In this document: piece by piece, positions 54,503-64,000 of the stretch | How the letters are laid out: every line of letters starts with the position of its first letter | How positions within the stretch are numbered: the stretch's first letter is position 1 | Source of the DNA: Candidatus Cloacimonadota bacterium | GTDB lineage: Bacteria; Cloacimonadota; Cloacimonadia; Cloacimonadales; TCS61 | Direction of reading: 5' to 3' | Length of the DNA: 64,000 nt | Assembly: GCA_030445745.1 (NCBI GenBank) | Contig: JASUTE010000001.1 | Span: 7,664-71,663 of the forward strand | Position numbers and translations under genes: made by a program | Notes under the pieces: model-generated | What the model was told of the DNA's origin: nothing | Databases searched by the model: none | The model's input: only the letters and a program-made list of their open reading frames with translations

Positions 54503-55648
54503 TTATATAAACTTAGTAAAATTTCTTATGGTAAAGTCGAAAACCTCTTTATTGGTGTTAATTATTTCTTCCAAATTTGGCTCTGCTTTATTGGGAAATT
54601 GATCAGTAATATTAATTATTAGCTTACTAATATCCAGAAATTGGATTTTATTTTGCAAAAAAAGTGTTATTGCAGCTTCATTAATGCTATTTATGATAGT
54701 TGGTAGTAAACCGCCATGGCGGCACAGTTCTACTGTATGAAAGAAAAGTGGATATCGTTGTTTGGTAATTTTTCGAAAAGTCAACTCCGCAAGCTGGGAT
54801 AGATCTGTTTCTACCAAGTGTGAACTGTATCGGTCGGGGAAGCTGAGAGCATATAAAATTGGGAGTTTCATAGAAGGCTGGCTCATTTGAGCTAAAATAG
54901 AACCATCGATAAACTTGACCATAGAGTGAATTATGGACTGAGGATGCAATACAACTTCGATATCTTCATAGTTTATATCAAAAAGCCAATGAGCTTCGGT
55001 CACTTCCAAAGCTTTATTAAACATAGTAGCAGAATCAATCGTTACTTTAGCACCCATATCCCAATTAGGATGATCTAAGGTTTCTTTAAGGGAAACATTT
55101 TTCAAAGCTGGTAGAGGGGTATCTCGGAAAGAACCACCCGAAGCGGTAAGTATTAAATTTCTGATATTTTTTTTCCCCTCGCCATGCAAAACTTGAAAAA
55201 GTGCACTATGTTCGCTATCAACTGGTAAAATTTTGTTTTTGGTTTGCATTTTTGTCAGTATATGACCAGCCATAACTAGCGATTCTTTATTAGCTAAGGC
55301 TAAATCTTTTTCGCATTTTAAAATATTATAGGAAGGAATTAGCCCAGCAGAACCGCTAATAGCATTTAAAGCAATATCATATTCTTCATTTTGCAGTAAA
55401 TTTTGTAGTTCACTCTCGCCAAAATAAAGTTTGCTAGCTTTGGGAATTTCAAGATTTTGTTTTTGTGCGTTCGCATTAGTGATAACCAAATGGGGAATCT
55501 TAAATTCAGCAGCCAAAGAGAGTAGCTCTTTCACATTATTGTGAGCAGTAGCTATTTGGATTTTGAAATGTTTTTTTTGTTCGCGTACAACTTCTACTGC
55601 AGATTTTCCTATTGAGCCGGTTATTCCTAAGATAGCAATTTTTTTCAT
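54503..55648 (-). CDS. dxr: 1-deoxy-D-xylulose-5-phosphate reductoisomerase
   Basis: The N-terminus is 'KKIAILGITGSIGKSAVEVV'. Other motifs are 'LPVDSEHSALFQ' and 'NKALEVTEAHWLF'. Confidence 0.92.
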   Translation of the reverse strand: MKKIAILGITGSIGKSAVEVVREQKKHFKIQIATAHNNVKELLSLAAEFKIPHLVITNANAQKQNLEIPKASKLYFGESELQNLLQNEEYDIALNAISGSAGLIPSYNILKCEKDLALANKESLVMAGHILTKMQTKNKILPVDSEHSALFQVLHGEGKKNIRNLILTASGGSFRDTPLPALKNVSLKETLDHPNWDMGAKVTIDSATMFNKALEVTEAHWLFDINYEDIEVVLHPQSIIHSMVKFIDGSILAQMSQPSMKLPILYALSFPDRYSSHLVETDLSQLAELTFRKITKQRYPLFFHTVELCRHGGLLPTIINSINEAAITLFLQNKIQFLDISKLIINITDQFPNKAEPNLEEIINTNKEVFDFTIRNFTKFI

Positions 55649-56589
55649 AAATTGAAGCCAACTGAGATCCGATGTGAATTTTCTAATTCTGTATTTTGCT
55701 CGAAAGCATAATTAAATTGCCATTTTTTGTAGCCAAAACTCATACCAGCAGTCAAATTATCGACATCGTAACCCAGTAGTAGATCAAAATTTTGCAAAAT
55801 ATTCATCTCTAAGCCAGCATGGTAATCTAAGCTGAATATGCTGATGTCTGTAGTAGCGGCGAAATCTCTATTTTCAGCGTAAATATCGGTGCCGAAATAT
55901 AGTTTGCCATTTTTATTTATTAAAGGCAGCAACAGCGAGTATTGGGCTTCCAATTGTAAGTTCGGATTGACAAATTCATGGGAACCGTTACTCCACAAAA
56001 TCTGGGTAGAAAAAAAATCGCGTAAGTTGGCTGCCACCATTAATTTTTTGTTTATTGAAAGAAAGGTGGAAATATCCGCACCAAAACCGAAACCATTTTC
56101 ATCTGCTAATTTGCGGTAAGCAATTTTAGGAGTTAAGCCCAAATAATAGTTCCCAATTTTTCTAGCAAAGCCAAAGTAAAATACCATATCAGAATTATTT
56201 ACGGATTTGTATTCATAGGGGCGGTTATCGTAATTCACGGAGTTATTAGGGTCTTCCAGTTTTGTTAAGGGGATATCATCGATACCGATACGGGCAATTG
56301 TGAAGGAAAGCCGCTGTTTTTTGCCTAAAACTGCACTGAAAAGGTCGTATTTTAACAAGCCGGAATATTCTTCGGCGTGCATCAATTCTAGCTTACGTGC
56401 CGGTTCTAGCGCCAGAAGAGCAGGATTCCAATATGCAAGATGCGCCGAGTTAATATCGGTTAATCCGCAATTACCTAGAGCGCTATTCCTAACACCGGAA
56501 CCCATTTTGAATATCTCACCGGCATATTTATCTGCCACAAGCAGAGAGGTAAGAAGCACTGTTAGAATTATAACTAATATTTTTTTCAT
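55645..56589 (-). CDS. Putative outer-membrane beta-barrel protein (PorV/PorP-like 'WNPA' motif)
   Basis: The ORF has a signal peptide, the motif 'NSALGN....D....AYWNPALLA', alternating beta-strand-like sequence, and a C-terminal aromatic-rich strand. Confidence 0.4.
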   Translation of the reverse strand: MKKILVIILTVLLTSLLVADKYAGEIFKMGSGVRNSALGNCGLTDINSAHLAYWNPALLALEPARKLELMHAEEYSGLLKYDLFSAVLGKKQRLSFTIARIGIDDIPLTKLEDPNNSVNYDNRPYEYKSVNNSDMVFYFGFARKIGNYYLGLTPKIAYRKLADENGFGFGADISTFLSINKKLMVAANLRDFFSTQILWSNGSHEFVNPNLQLEAQYSLLLPLINKNGKLYFGTDIYAENRDFAATTDISIFSLDYHAGLEMNILQNFDLLLGYDVDNLTAGMSFGYKKWQFNYAFEQNTELENSHRISVGFNL

Positions 56590-56592
56590 TTC

Positions 56593-58728
56593 TTAAATCC
56601 TTGTTACATAGCTACCAATAATTTTTTTTAATTTCCCACCCGAAAATGAGATAGTTAATTTAGCATCAACGTCTTTACCGTCAACATTTAAAATAATTCC
56701 CTTACCAAATTTTTTATGAAAAACCTTGTCGCCTATTTGAAAATGTTTACTACTTTCCAAAACAATTTTCCTATCAAAATTGATATGACTGGATTTTGCT
56801 ACTACTTCTTTTTTATAAAAACGTTCATCCATTTCTTTGATAAAGTGGCTAGGCATGGTTAAAATGGAATCTCCAAAAATATTACGATTTTTGGCATAAG
56901 ACATAAACAGTTGCTTTTTGGTTCTGGTGATTGCAACGTACAATAAACGACGTTCTTCCTGTAGCTCTTTGTTTGTATCCATAGAGCGTGAATGGGGTAA
57001 TAGGCCTTCTTCAAGACCCACGATGAATACATAATCGAATTCCAAGCCTTTGGCATTGTGCATAGTCATTAGTTTAACCGATTCTTCCTGTGGGTCTAAG
57101 TTGTCCAGATCAGTTTGCAGGGCAATGTTTTGCAGGTATTCGGCTAAAGTGGGTTCTTCTTTGTTTTCGTCTAAGAATTGTTCATAAAATTCGCTGCAGG
57201 CAGAGATAAATTCTTGCAAGTTCTCAGCACGGGTGATCTCTTGAGGGTCTTTGCTATTTTTAAACTGGTCGATTAAGCCCAAATCATCTAAAATTTTCTG
57301 TACCAATTTTGGTAAGGGAACTTCCAGTTGCTGCCAGCTTTTAGTTAACTGAGCAAAATTGTTCACGTTTGTTTGTTGCCATTTTGATAGAGTAGGGATT
57401 TTGCTGTTTATAGCTTCTAAAAGTGTTATGTTGTTTAGGAAGGCAAATTCGATGATTTTACCCATTGTGCTTTTACCAATTCCGCGGCTAGGGTAGTTTA
57501 TAATTCTTAGAAAACTTTCTGAATCACTAGGATTCACCAAAATGCGCAAATAAGCTATTATATCTTTGATCTCCTTGCGCTGATAGAAGTTTACACCTCC
57601 TACAATCTGATATTTTATGCCATATTTTACAAAAGTAGATTCAAAAATACGAGATTGGGCATTGGTGCGATAAAGAACAACACAACTGTTTAAGCTAATT
57701 TTATTTTCTTGTAGTTGCCTGATTTGATCTGCTACAAAGCTCGCTTCTGCTCTCTCGTTTTGTAAAACTTTCAAAATTGGAACAGCATCATCTTCATAGG
57801 AAGTCCAAAGTTCTTTGGGATGTCTTTCATCGTTGTATTTAATAAGGCTGTTAGCTAAATTTAAGATTATTTTAGGTGAACGGTAGTTCCGTTCCAATTT
57901 AATAGTTTTAACATTTTTATAATCTTTTTCGAAATTCAAAATATTACGAATATCAGCACCACGCCAGCTGTAAATAGCTTGGTCATCATCTCCTACCACA
58001 CATAAATTTTGGTGAGCAGAAGCGATTAGATTAACAATTTTAAATTGAGCATAGTTGGTATCTTGGTATTCATCTATCATAACATAGCGAAATTTTTGTT
58101 GGTATTTTTTTAATATTTGGGAATGATCGTGTAAAAGATATGCTGTATTCAAAAGCAGATCATCAAAATCCATGGCATTATTCTCTTCCAAATATTTTTG
58201 GTAGCGGTTATATATCTTGTGAACCGTTTCAGTGTAATAATTTTTCTCATTAAATTTAAAAAAATCATCAGGTAAAATCAAAGAGTTTTTCTGCCGGCTA
58301 ATAATATTGCGAACAGCTCCCATAGAAAAGAATTTTTTATCAATATCCAACTCTTTGTAAATTTTTTTAAAGACCGTTTTCTGATCGGCATCATCGTAAA
58401 TGGAAAAATTACTGTCGTAGGGTAATAAAGCACTTTCATAACGCAGTATACGGCTACAAATGGAATGGAATGTCCCTATCCATAAAGAACGGGTATTAAT
58501 ACCAAAATTTATTTCCAATCTATTGATGAGTTCACGAGCAGCTTTATTGGTAAAAGTTACAACCAAGATATTCCAAGGCGAAATATGTTTTTCTGAGATA
58601 AGATAGGCTGTGCGATATATGACTGATCTGGTTTTTCCACTGCCAGCACCAGCTAGTACCAGTAAGGGACCTTCTGTAGTTGTAACAACTTGCTGTTGCT
58701 CTTTATTTAAATTTTCCAACAACTGCAT
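56593..58728 (-). CDS. uvrD: ATP-dependent DNA helicase UvrD/PcrA family
   Basis: The start is taken at M17 (58728), just after the upstream gene's stop. The sequence 'LNKEQQQVV......LLVLAGAGSGKT' and SF1 helicase motifs run throughout. Confidence 0.9.
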   Translation of the reverse strand: MQLLENLNKEQQQVVTTTEGPLLVLAGAGSGKTRSVIYRTAYLISEKHISPWNILVVTFTNKAARELINRLEINFGINTRSLWIGTFHSICSRILRYESALLPYDSNFSIYDDADQKTVFKKIYKELDIDKKFFSMGAVRNIISRQKNSLILPDDFFKFNEKNYYTETVHKIYNRYQKYLEENNAMDFDDLLLNTAYLLHDHSQILKKYQQKFRYVMIDEYQDTNYAQFKIVNLIASAHQNLCVVGDDDQAIYSWRGADIRNILNFEKDYKNVKTIKLERNYRSPKIILNLANSLIKYNDERHPKELWTSYEDDAVPILKVLQNERAEASFVADQIRQLQENKISLNSCVVLYRTNAQSRIFESTFVKYGIKYQIVGGVNFYQRKEIKDIIAYLRILVNPSDSESFLRIINYPSRGIGKSTMGKIIEFAFLNNITLLEAINSKIPTLSKWQQTNVNNFAQLTKSWQQLEVPLPKLVQKILDDLGLIDQFKNSKDPQEITRAENLQEFISACSEFYEQFLDENKEEPTLAEYLQNIALQTDLDNLDPQEESVKLMTMHNAKGLEFDYVFIVGLEEGLLPHSRSMDTNKELQEERRLLYVAITRTKKQLFMSYAKNRNIFGDSILTMPSHFIKEMDERFYKKEVVAKSSHINFDRKIVLESSKHFQIGDKVFHKKFGKGIILNVDGKDVDAKLTISFSGGKLKKIIGSYVTRI

Positions 58729-58729
58729 A

Positions 58730-59125
58730 TTACCAATAGGAAACAGGATCGGAGCGTTGTCCTTCCAACCTTTCACCCTCTATGTTCTTGAAAGCAGAGA
58801 GTTTATAATAATAGAAATATTCACCAGTTAAAATTACTTCTTCATCTTCATAGCTTGTTATTGTAGGGTCCTCTATGGTAGCTATGCGCTCATAAGCACC
58901 GTCGTAGGAAAGCGAGCGATAGATATAGTAGCCGCCGCCCTCTTCTGTAATTAACTCGGCCGATTTTTCCCAGGTAAGAATAACTTTAGGTGGGCTTTGT
59001 ATTGCTTCAGCTTCAATTCCTATAACTTTGCCTGGAGCCTGGTTGTTGTCTAAAGGATTACTATGATCTAAAGAACAGGCAAATAGTAATAAGATACAGG
59101 TAATTATGAAAATTATCTTTTTCAT
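58730..59125 (-). CDS. Lipoprotein with FN3-like domain
   Basis: The lipobox is 'LLFAC'. The sequence 'PPKVILTWEKS....GGGYYIYRS' is an FN3-like pattern. Confidence 0.5.
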   Translation of the reverse strand: MKKIIFIITCILLLFACSLDHSNPLDNNQAPGKVIGIEAEAIQSPPKVILTWEKSAELITEEGGGYYIYRSLSYDGAYERIATIEDPTITSYEDEEVILTGEYFYYYKLSAFKNIEGERLEGQRSDPVSYW

Positions 59126-59691
59126 TAGAACCTCACACTTATGCCAGTTGGAGTTATGGCAACTCTGTTGTTAATGATATTTTGCCAGATCTCGGTATTA
59201 AATTTATTGGTTTCTATGATTGCATCATAGATATTGTAGAGCCAAACACCAGCAGCTAATCCCAAAAAAACTTGAGCTGTTTTGTAAGGTCCGTTTGCTT
59301 CGTCGTAATAATATTCGATATCTCCAATATAGTTTGATTCCTTATATTTATCATACTGATTCATTGCTTTGTCGTAATAAATATAGCTGGTGCCTAACAA
59401 AATTATTTCTATTCCTAGAATTACATTTCCTTGGGTATAGCGCTCGGTAGCAAAATGTCCCCAACCTGGCAACAAAGCAGCTTTCATGGCATTAATATTA
59501 ACGCTTTTCTTTTGTTTTTTAAAGGTAGGAAGCAATTGCTGCTGTCTTTGTAGTTCATTTCTAAATGTTTGCATTTCCGCATAGTTTTCCCAGCCATATT
59601 TGGTGGGATCGGAGAACTGCTTTATATCGAAATTTTGAGAGAATAAATTCAAAGAAATTATGCAAATTATAAAGAGAATTATCTTTTTCAT
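59125..59691 (-). CDS. Hypothetical exported/membrane protein (DUF5683-like 'LLPGWGH' motif)
   Basis: The ORF has a signal peptide and a central hydrophobic pair of helices following 'AALLPGWGHFA'. Its stop overlaps the next start. Confidence 0.4.
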   Translation of the reverse strand: MKKIILFIICIISLNLFSQNFDIKQFSDPTKYGWENYAEMQTFRNELQRQQQLLPTFKKQKKSVNINAMKAALLPGWGHFATERYTQGNVILGIEIILLGTSYIYYDKAMNQYDKYKESNYIGDIEYYYDEANGPYKTAQVFLGLAAGVWLYNIYDAIIETNKFNTEIWQNIINNRVAITPTGISVRF

Positions 59692-59694
59692 ATC

Positions 59695-61116
59695 CTATAA
59701 TACCTCTTCAGATAATTTATTCAAGGGAGAAACTTTTTGTTTGAGTAGATCTACTTGCCAAATGAAGTAGTAATTTTCACCTGGAGTTAAAATATCATAA
59801 CGCACTTCATATTTATATTTTCCGAAAGAGTAAAGTACTTTCCATTCGGAAGTTCGTACTTCATCTTTACCGTGTTTTATTATCAAGCTATCTTGTAAAG
59901 CGTATACATTTTTTACTAGCTCACCATCATTATATGCAAAGATAATATCTTTGGCAAAAACTTTTGGTTCTTTATCTGCCCGCAGGATATTGCTAATTTC
60001 GAATATTTTTTGCTTAGCTTCTTTGCTTGAATATAAATTATTAGATTGTTTATAGAGCTGCAAAGCTTGCTCATATTCATCATTGTTTTCCTTTTCTAAA
60101 GCTTCAGTTAAAAGTTCTTGTGCTTGACTTTTTCTGTTTTTTAGTTCTTCTGTTTCTGAAATTTTTCTATCAACCTGTTTATTTTGAGGATCTAAAACAT
60201 AGATTTTTTTGAAAACTGCTATTGCCTGGTCGAATTTTTCTAAATTCACTAGTCTGTTCCCTTCTTCCAAGTAAGATTGGCAAATACTATCGATACGTTG
60301 CTTGGTTTTGGTTTTGTATTGGGAAGTTAGCTCGGCAGAGTTGTCGAAATTCTGTTTAGCAATTTGCAGCTTTTCATCTTGGAAAGCAGAGTCTGCTTTC
60401 AAAAAATAGGTTTTTGCCATTAAGGATTTTATTTCATCTTGCAGTGAGCTGGGAAAAGCAAGCAATTGTTGCAAGTTTGCAATAGCTTCATCATATTTTT
60501 TTTCTGATACCATCGCCTCAATCTCGGCCAAATAGTCCGGTAGTATTTTATCGATGTATGGTATTGCTTGGGAAGCATACTTGCTATCGGGATAATTATT
60601 CCATAAATATTTGTAGTCTGAAGTTATGTGCGAGTAATTTTGCAATTCATAGTTGAGTTCAATGCGCTTGAAGAGGATTTCTGGTAAAAGCTCCGAGTTT
60701 TTTAAATTATTTACGATATAGCCGAAATTTTCTAAAGCAGCCAATGTATCTTCTTTTGTAAGTTGATTCAACCCAATATTGTAGAAGCAATTATCTAACA
60801 GAGAATCTGCTTTAGCACTATTTGCCAGCAGAAAAAGTCTTTTGGCTAACAGCCAATTTTCTTTGGAATAAGCACGTTCACCAAGAGCAAAATAGCATTG
60901 TGAGCGCTCCAAACGTGCCTGGGTGGCAAAAGGGCTATTAGGGTTATTTTCAATAAATTCATCGTAAACATTTATAGCATTTACATAATTTCCCTGATTG
61001 TAGAGATCGTTAGCCTTATGATATTTACTATTAATCAAGCAACCAGAAATCCCAATTGCTATTATTAAACTAAATATTAATAATTTTATTTTCATCAGCT
61101 GTTTCATATTTTGCAT
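59695..61116 (-). CDS. TPR-repeat lipoprotein
   Basis: The lipobox is 'GISGC', and multiple TPR-like 34-aa repeats are present. The start is uncertain (61095-61140); the ATG at 61116 has AGAGGAA upstream. Confidence 0.6.
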   Translation of the reverse strand: MQNMKQLMKIKLLIFSLIIAIGISGCLINSKYHKANDLYNQGNYVNAINVYDEFIENNPNSPFATQARLERSQCYFALGERAYSKENWLLAKRLFLLANSAKADSLLDNCFYNIGLNQLTKEDTLAALENFGYIVNNLKNSELLPEILFKRIELNYELQNYSHITSDYKYLWNNYPDSKYASQAIPYIDKILPDYLAEIEAMVSEKKYDEAIANLQQLLAFPSSLQDEIKSLMAKTYFLKADSAFQDEKLQIAKQNFDNSAELTSQYKTKTKQRIDSICQSYLEEGNRLVNLEKFDQAIAVFKKIYVLDPQNKQVDRKISETEELKNRKSQAQELLTEALEKENNDEYEQALQLYKQSNNLYSSKEAKQKIFEISNILRADKEPKVFAKDIIFAYNDGELVKNVYALQDSLIIKHGKDEVRTSEWKVLYSFGKYKYEVRYDILTPGENYYFIWQVDLLKQKVSPLNKLSEEVL

Positions 61117-61780
61117 TTTTAAATTCCTCTGGTACACCATGGTTCAAGATAACTCTAGCCTTTGTATTTTCTATAAAATATACTATTTCTGAATATCTAG
61201 GATGCAGGGCATCCAGCACGATAATATCTGCTTCAGCCGCTACATATTGCAGTGAAGAGAAATTGGGAATGTCAGATGTGTAAAGTATTTTTTTTTCTGC
61301 AGAAAGAAAAATAGAATGATTCTTGTAGCTATGTGCTATTTGGGAAGGCATTTTTTTGTATTTTTTCAAATGATCGTTCGGGATCAACTCTATCTCCGGT
61401 AGATATCTTTTCACATTTTTTAAATTGTAAATTTCTAAGGTAAAATTAAATTTTTTGGGGAAGAGATAGAGATTTTCTAACATAGATTGGAAAAAATTGA
61501 TATCTTCAGGAATAAAAATCCTTAATTTTTTTGTTCGTCCTTGCAGATACAGCATTTGCAAAAGCATAAAGATACCACTTATATGGTCGGGATGAAAATG
61601 GGTTATTAAAATGTCATCTATGAAGTTTTTATCATAACCATATTTTAAAATCTGTTCAGAAACTCCTTCTCCGGCATCCCACAACTGGTTTTGGTTGCTA
61701 TAGCTTACCATTATAGCAGCGTGGTGTTTGTTTAATTCAGGCAGTGCCGAAGCGCTTCCTAAGATATGTAATTTAATCAT
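61070..61780 (-). CDS. MBL-fold hydrolase (RNase Z/ElaC-like)
   Basis: The motif 'ILITHFHPDHISG' is present in a 236-aa product. Confidence 0.7.
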   Translation of the reverse strand: MIKLHILGSASALPELNKHHAAIMVSYSNQNQLWDAGEGVSEQILKYGYDKNFIDDILITHFHPDHISGIFMLLQMLYLQGRTKKLRIFIPEDINFFQSMLENLYLFPKKFNFTLEIYNLKNVKRYLPEIELIPNDHLKKYKKMPSQIAHSYKNHSIFLSAEKKILYTSDIPNFSSLQYVAAEADIIVLDALHPRYSEIVYFIENTKARVILNHGVPEEFKNAKYETADENKIINI

Positions 61781-62850
61781 TTTTTCATCTGATTTTTAGT
61801 GATTTCAACCGGTATTTGGTCTAATTTATTAGCAAAAAACAGGAAGAAAATAGCAAAGAAGATGGTGGAAAGAATAAGTAAGATTACTGAACGGAATTGC
61901 AAAACGATAATTGTTACCAGTACTATGACAATGTTTATAAGGTAGACAAAAGCGGCAGTAACTTTATCGGAGCCCATAGCATTTCCTATGCGGTGGGTAG
62001 AATGATCTTTACCTCCTTCGCTAATTTTACGGCCATCTCGTTTTCGAGTAATGCTCACCAGAGAAATATCGAAAATAGCGTAACTTAAAAGCAATACTGG
62101 CAGCAGATAGTAAAGTTGATTCTCTAAATTAGTAGACGCATATCTGCCGATTAAAATTCCCATAGATGAAAGAAAATAACCTATAAACATACTGCCGGCA
62201 TCACCTAAAAAAATCTTGGCCGGACTGAAATTGTGGGGAAGAAACCCGAAAACAGAGCCGGCAAAAGTGAGTGCCAAAAGAGCGATAAAATGGGATTCTC
62301 CTATGTACTGATTATTTTTACAGATGAAACTGAAAGCATAGAAACCAAGGGCTAGAATTCCAGACATACCGGTAATAATTCCATCCATATTATCTAAAAA
62401 ATTTAGGGCATTCATCAGGCCAACCATCCACAGCAAAATTATAGGTAGCGAGATGTAAACTGGCCCCAAAATAGTTTGTAGGTCGTTCAAAAAAACAAAA
62501 ACCAAACAGGAAGCAATCTGTCCTATTAGCTTGGGAAGCGGTTTCATGCCTCTACGATCGTCTACTAAACCCACAAACACAATTATAAAAGCTCCGATTA
62601 AATAACCGATGATATTTTTATTGAAATGGTGATGTGTGAATACCACTACGATAATTGTGAAAACAAAAAAACCTATAAAAACTGCTAAACCACCCATAAG
62701 CGGTGTTGCTTTTTTATGTAATTTGCGGGCCGAGGGATTATCGACAAAATGTATTTTGAGGGCTAACTTAATTATTTGTGGCGTAAGATGATATACTGAC
62801 AGAAAAGAAAGAATGAACACAGCGAAGTAAGCATAAATTATATTCATCAT
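61777..62850 (-). CDS. Glycosyltransferase family 4 polyprenyl-phosphate sugar-1-phosphate transferase (WecA/MraY-like)
   Basis: The 357-aa protein has about 10 TM segments and the motifs 'VGLVDD', 'NFLDNMDG' and 'FLGDAGSMF'. Confidence 0.85.
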   Translation of the reverse strand: MMNIIYAYFAVFILSFLSVYHLTPQIIKLALKIHFVDNPSARKLHKKATPLMGGLAVFIGFFVFTIIVVVFTHHHFNKNIIGYLIGAFIIVFVGLVDDRRGMKPLPKLIGQIASCLVFVFLNDLQTILGPVYISLPIILLWMVGLMNALNFLDNMDGIITGMSGILALGFYAFSFICKNNQYIGESHFIALLALTFAGSVFGFLPHNFSPAKIFLGDAGSMFIGYFLSSMGILIGRYASTNLENQLYYLLPVLLLSYAIFDISLVSITRKRDGRKISEGGKDHSTHRIGNAMGSDKVTAAFVYLINIVIVLVTIIVLQFRSVILLILSTIFFAIFFLFFANKLDQIPVEITKNQMKK

Positions 62851-62933
62851 TCAACCCTTTTATCTTTTTTGTCCTTTTATTCTTAATCGCTATTTTGTCA
62901 AACCATTTATATGCTTTTATAAACTGAAACAAG

Positions 62934-62961
62934 TTGACATTGTTACTCGTTTTAATAAAAT
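62934..62961 (+). promoter_or_regulatory. Candidate sigma70-type promoter of smpB (TTGACA-16 nt-TAAAAT)
   Basis: TTGACA is at 62934-62939 and TAAAAT at 62956-62961, 17 nt upstream of the start codon region. Confidence 0.4.
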
Positions 62962-62978
62962 AAATACAGAGGTAATAA

Positions 62979-63425
62979 ATGAGGAAATTTAGAAATAAAA
63001 AAGCTTTCCATAATTACTATTTTTTGGAAGAATTGGAAGCTGGAATAGCTTTGAAGGGAACCGAGATAAAATCGATACGAGCCGGGAAGATTAGTTTTAA
63101 GGATTCTTATGCTAGGGTAGAAGACGATGAAGTTTGGCTCTATAATTTGCATATTAGCCCCTATTCGCATGCGGGAAATTTTAATCATGAACCAGAAAGA
63201 AAGCGAAAATTGCTATTGCATAAACGTGAAATAAGAAAATTGAAAAAAAAAGTAGAAGAGCGAGGTATGACCCTTGTGCCTAAAGAGTTATTTATTAATG
63301 AAGATGGTTTGGCTAAAGTGGTACTAACTGTGGCAAAAGGGAAAAAATTGTATGATAAACGAGAAGTTTTGCAAAAGAAAGACGAAGCTAGGGAGATGCA
63401 AAGAAAAATGAAATACTACAACTAA
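62979..63425 (+). CDS. smpB: SsrA-binding protein SmpB
   Basis: The sequences 'FLEELEAGIALKGTEIKSIRAGK.SFKDSYA......E.WL.N.HISPY' and 'RKRKLLLHKREI.KL' are present in a 148-aa product. Confidence 0.93.
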   Translation: MRKFRNKKAFHNYYFLEELEAGIALKGTEIKSIRAGKISFKDSYARVEDDEVWLYNLHISPYSHAGNFNHEPERKRKLLLHKREIRKLKKKVEERGMTLVPKELFINEDGLAKVVLTVAKGKKLYDKREVLQKKDEAREMQRKMKYYN

Positions 63426-63482
63426 CAAAAATATTTGATTTTGTGTAGGTTAATGTTATGTTATAATAACAAGGAGTTAAAA

Positions 63483-63923
63483 ATGGAAGAATTTCCAACA
63501 ATTTTATTAGTAGAAGACAATGAAACCGACATAATACTAATAAAACGTGCTTTCAGAAAATCCTACATAGCTAATCCACTACAGGAAGTTCAAACCCTGC
63601 AAGACGCAAAAGATTATATTTTGGGAAAAGAGAAATATACTGATAGAGTTAAATATCCTTTACCAGTCCTAATACTCCTTGATTTGAAATTACCAGATGG
63701 TTCCGGTTTAGATTTTTTAAAATGGAAACAGGAGAATGATAAATTTAAGCGAATACCAGTTGTGGTACTCACAGGCTCACATAACAATGAAGATATAAAT
63801 AAGGCTTATGACTTAGGAGCTAATTCCTATATTATAAAACCTGTTAATTTTAGCCGTCTTATCGAGATGGTCAAATCGCTGGGAAACTATTGGTTTGTAT
63901 TAAATAAAAAACCAGAAATCTAA
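63483..63923 (+). CDS. Stand-alone response-regulator receiver domain protein
   Basis: The ATG at 63483 follows AAGGAG. The receiver motifs are 'ILLVEDNETD', 'LILLDLKLPDGSG' and 'VVVLTGS'. Confidence 0.8.
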   Translation: MEEFPTILLVEDNETDIILIKRAFRKSYIANPLQEVQTLQDAKDYILGKEKYTDRVKYPLPVLILLDLKLPDGSGLDFLKWKQENDKFKRIPVVVLTGSHNNEDINKAYDLGANSYIIKPVNFSRLIEMVKSLGNYWFVLNKKPEI

Positions 63924-63938
63924 AGAAAAGGGGAAAAA

Positions 63939-64000
63939 ATGTCTAGATGGACAAAAAAAATTGAAAATAGTGTAAAATTGGCTGGAAAAGAGCAAGATCG
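63939..64000 (+). CDS. 5' end of an ORF running off the window (unknown product)
   Basis: The ATG follows AAGGGGA. Only 20 codons are visible (MSRWTKKIENSVKLAGKEQD). Confidence 0.2.
   Translation, partial: MSRWTKKIENSVKLAGKEQD

Overview
The window is about 64 kb of moderately A+T-rich bacterial chromosome. The gene content is an electron-transfer [FeFe]-hydrogenase with its HydEFG maturases, a methylmalonyl-CoA/oxaloacetate carboxyltransferase set, and a 2451-aa surface protein ending in a T9SS/FlgD-Ig-type sorting domain. This looks like an anaerobic, amino-acid/propionate-fermenting member of the FCB-related candidate phyla. Cloacimonadota-like is my guess and is inference only. In order, the window holds these blocks. 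(1) An ars cluster (ArsP-type permease, thioredoxin-like protein, acr3, arsC). (2) tmRNA (ssrA), followed by an accessory tract with GIY-YIG genes, an IS3-family remnant and an odd Cys-tailed [2Fe-2S] protein. (3) A heat-shock group (htrA, hsp20, clpB) with a CIRCE-like element. (4) hydCBA plus a cysteine-less HndB-like subunit, then a TM1266-type regulator and hydG-orf85-hydE-hydF. (5) A csoR-copA-copZ copper island flanked by decayed genes. (6) A small AT-rich islet with a single-HKD PLD-family nuclease and an unplaceable acidic partner. This islet is the best candidate for something undescribed. (7) The carboxyltransferase operon and a repeat-dense 0.6-kb spacer. (8) A TetR-controlled SoxA/SoxB-like flavoenzyme cluster. 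(9) The giant T9SS cargo gene. (10) Housekeeping genes (comEC, dxr, uvrD, GT4 transferase, smpB, response regulator). I saw no rRNA, tRNA or CRISPR array. All calls rest on reading the ORF translations and the DNA by eye; no database searches were run.
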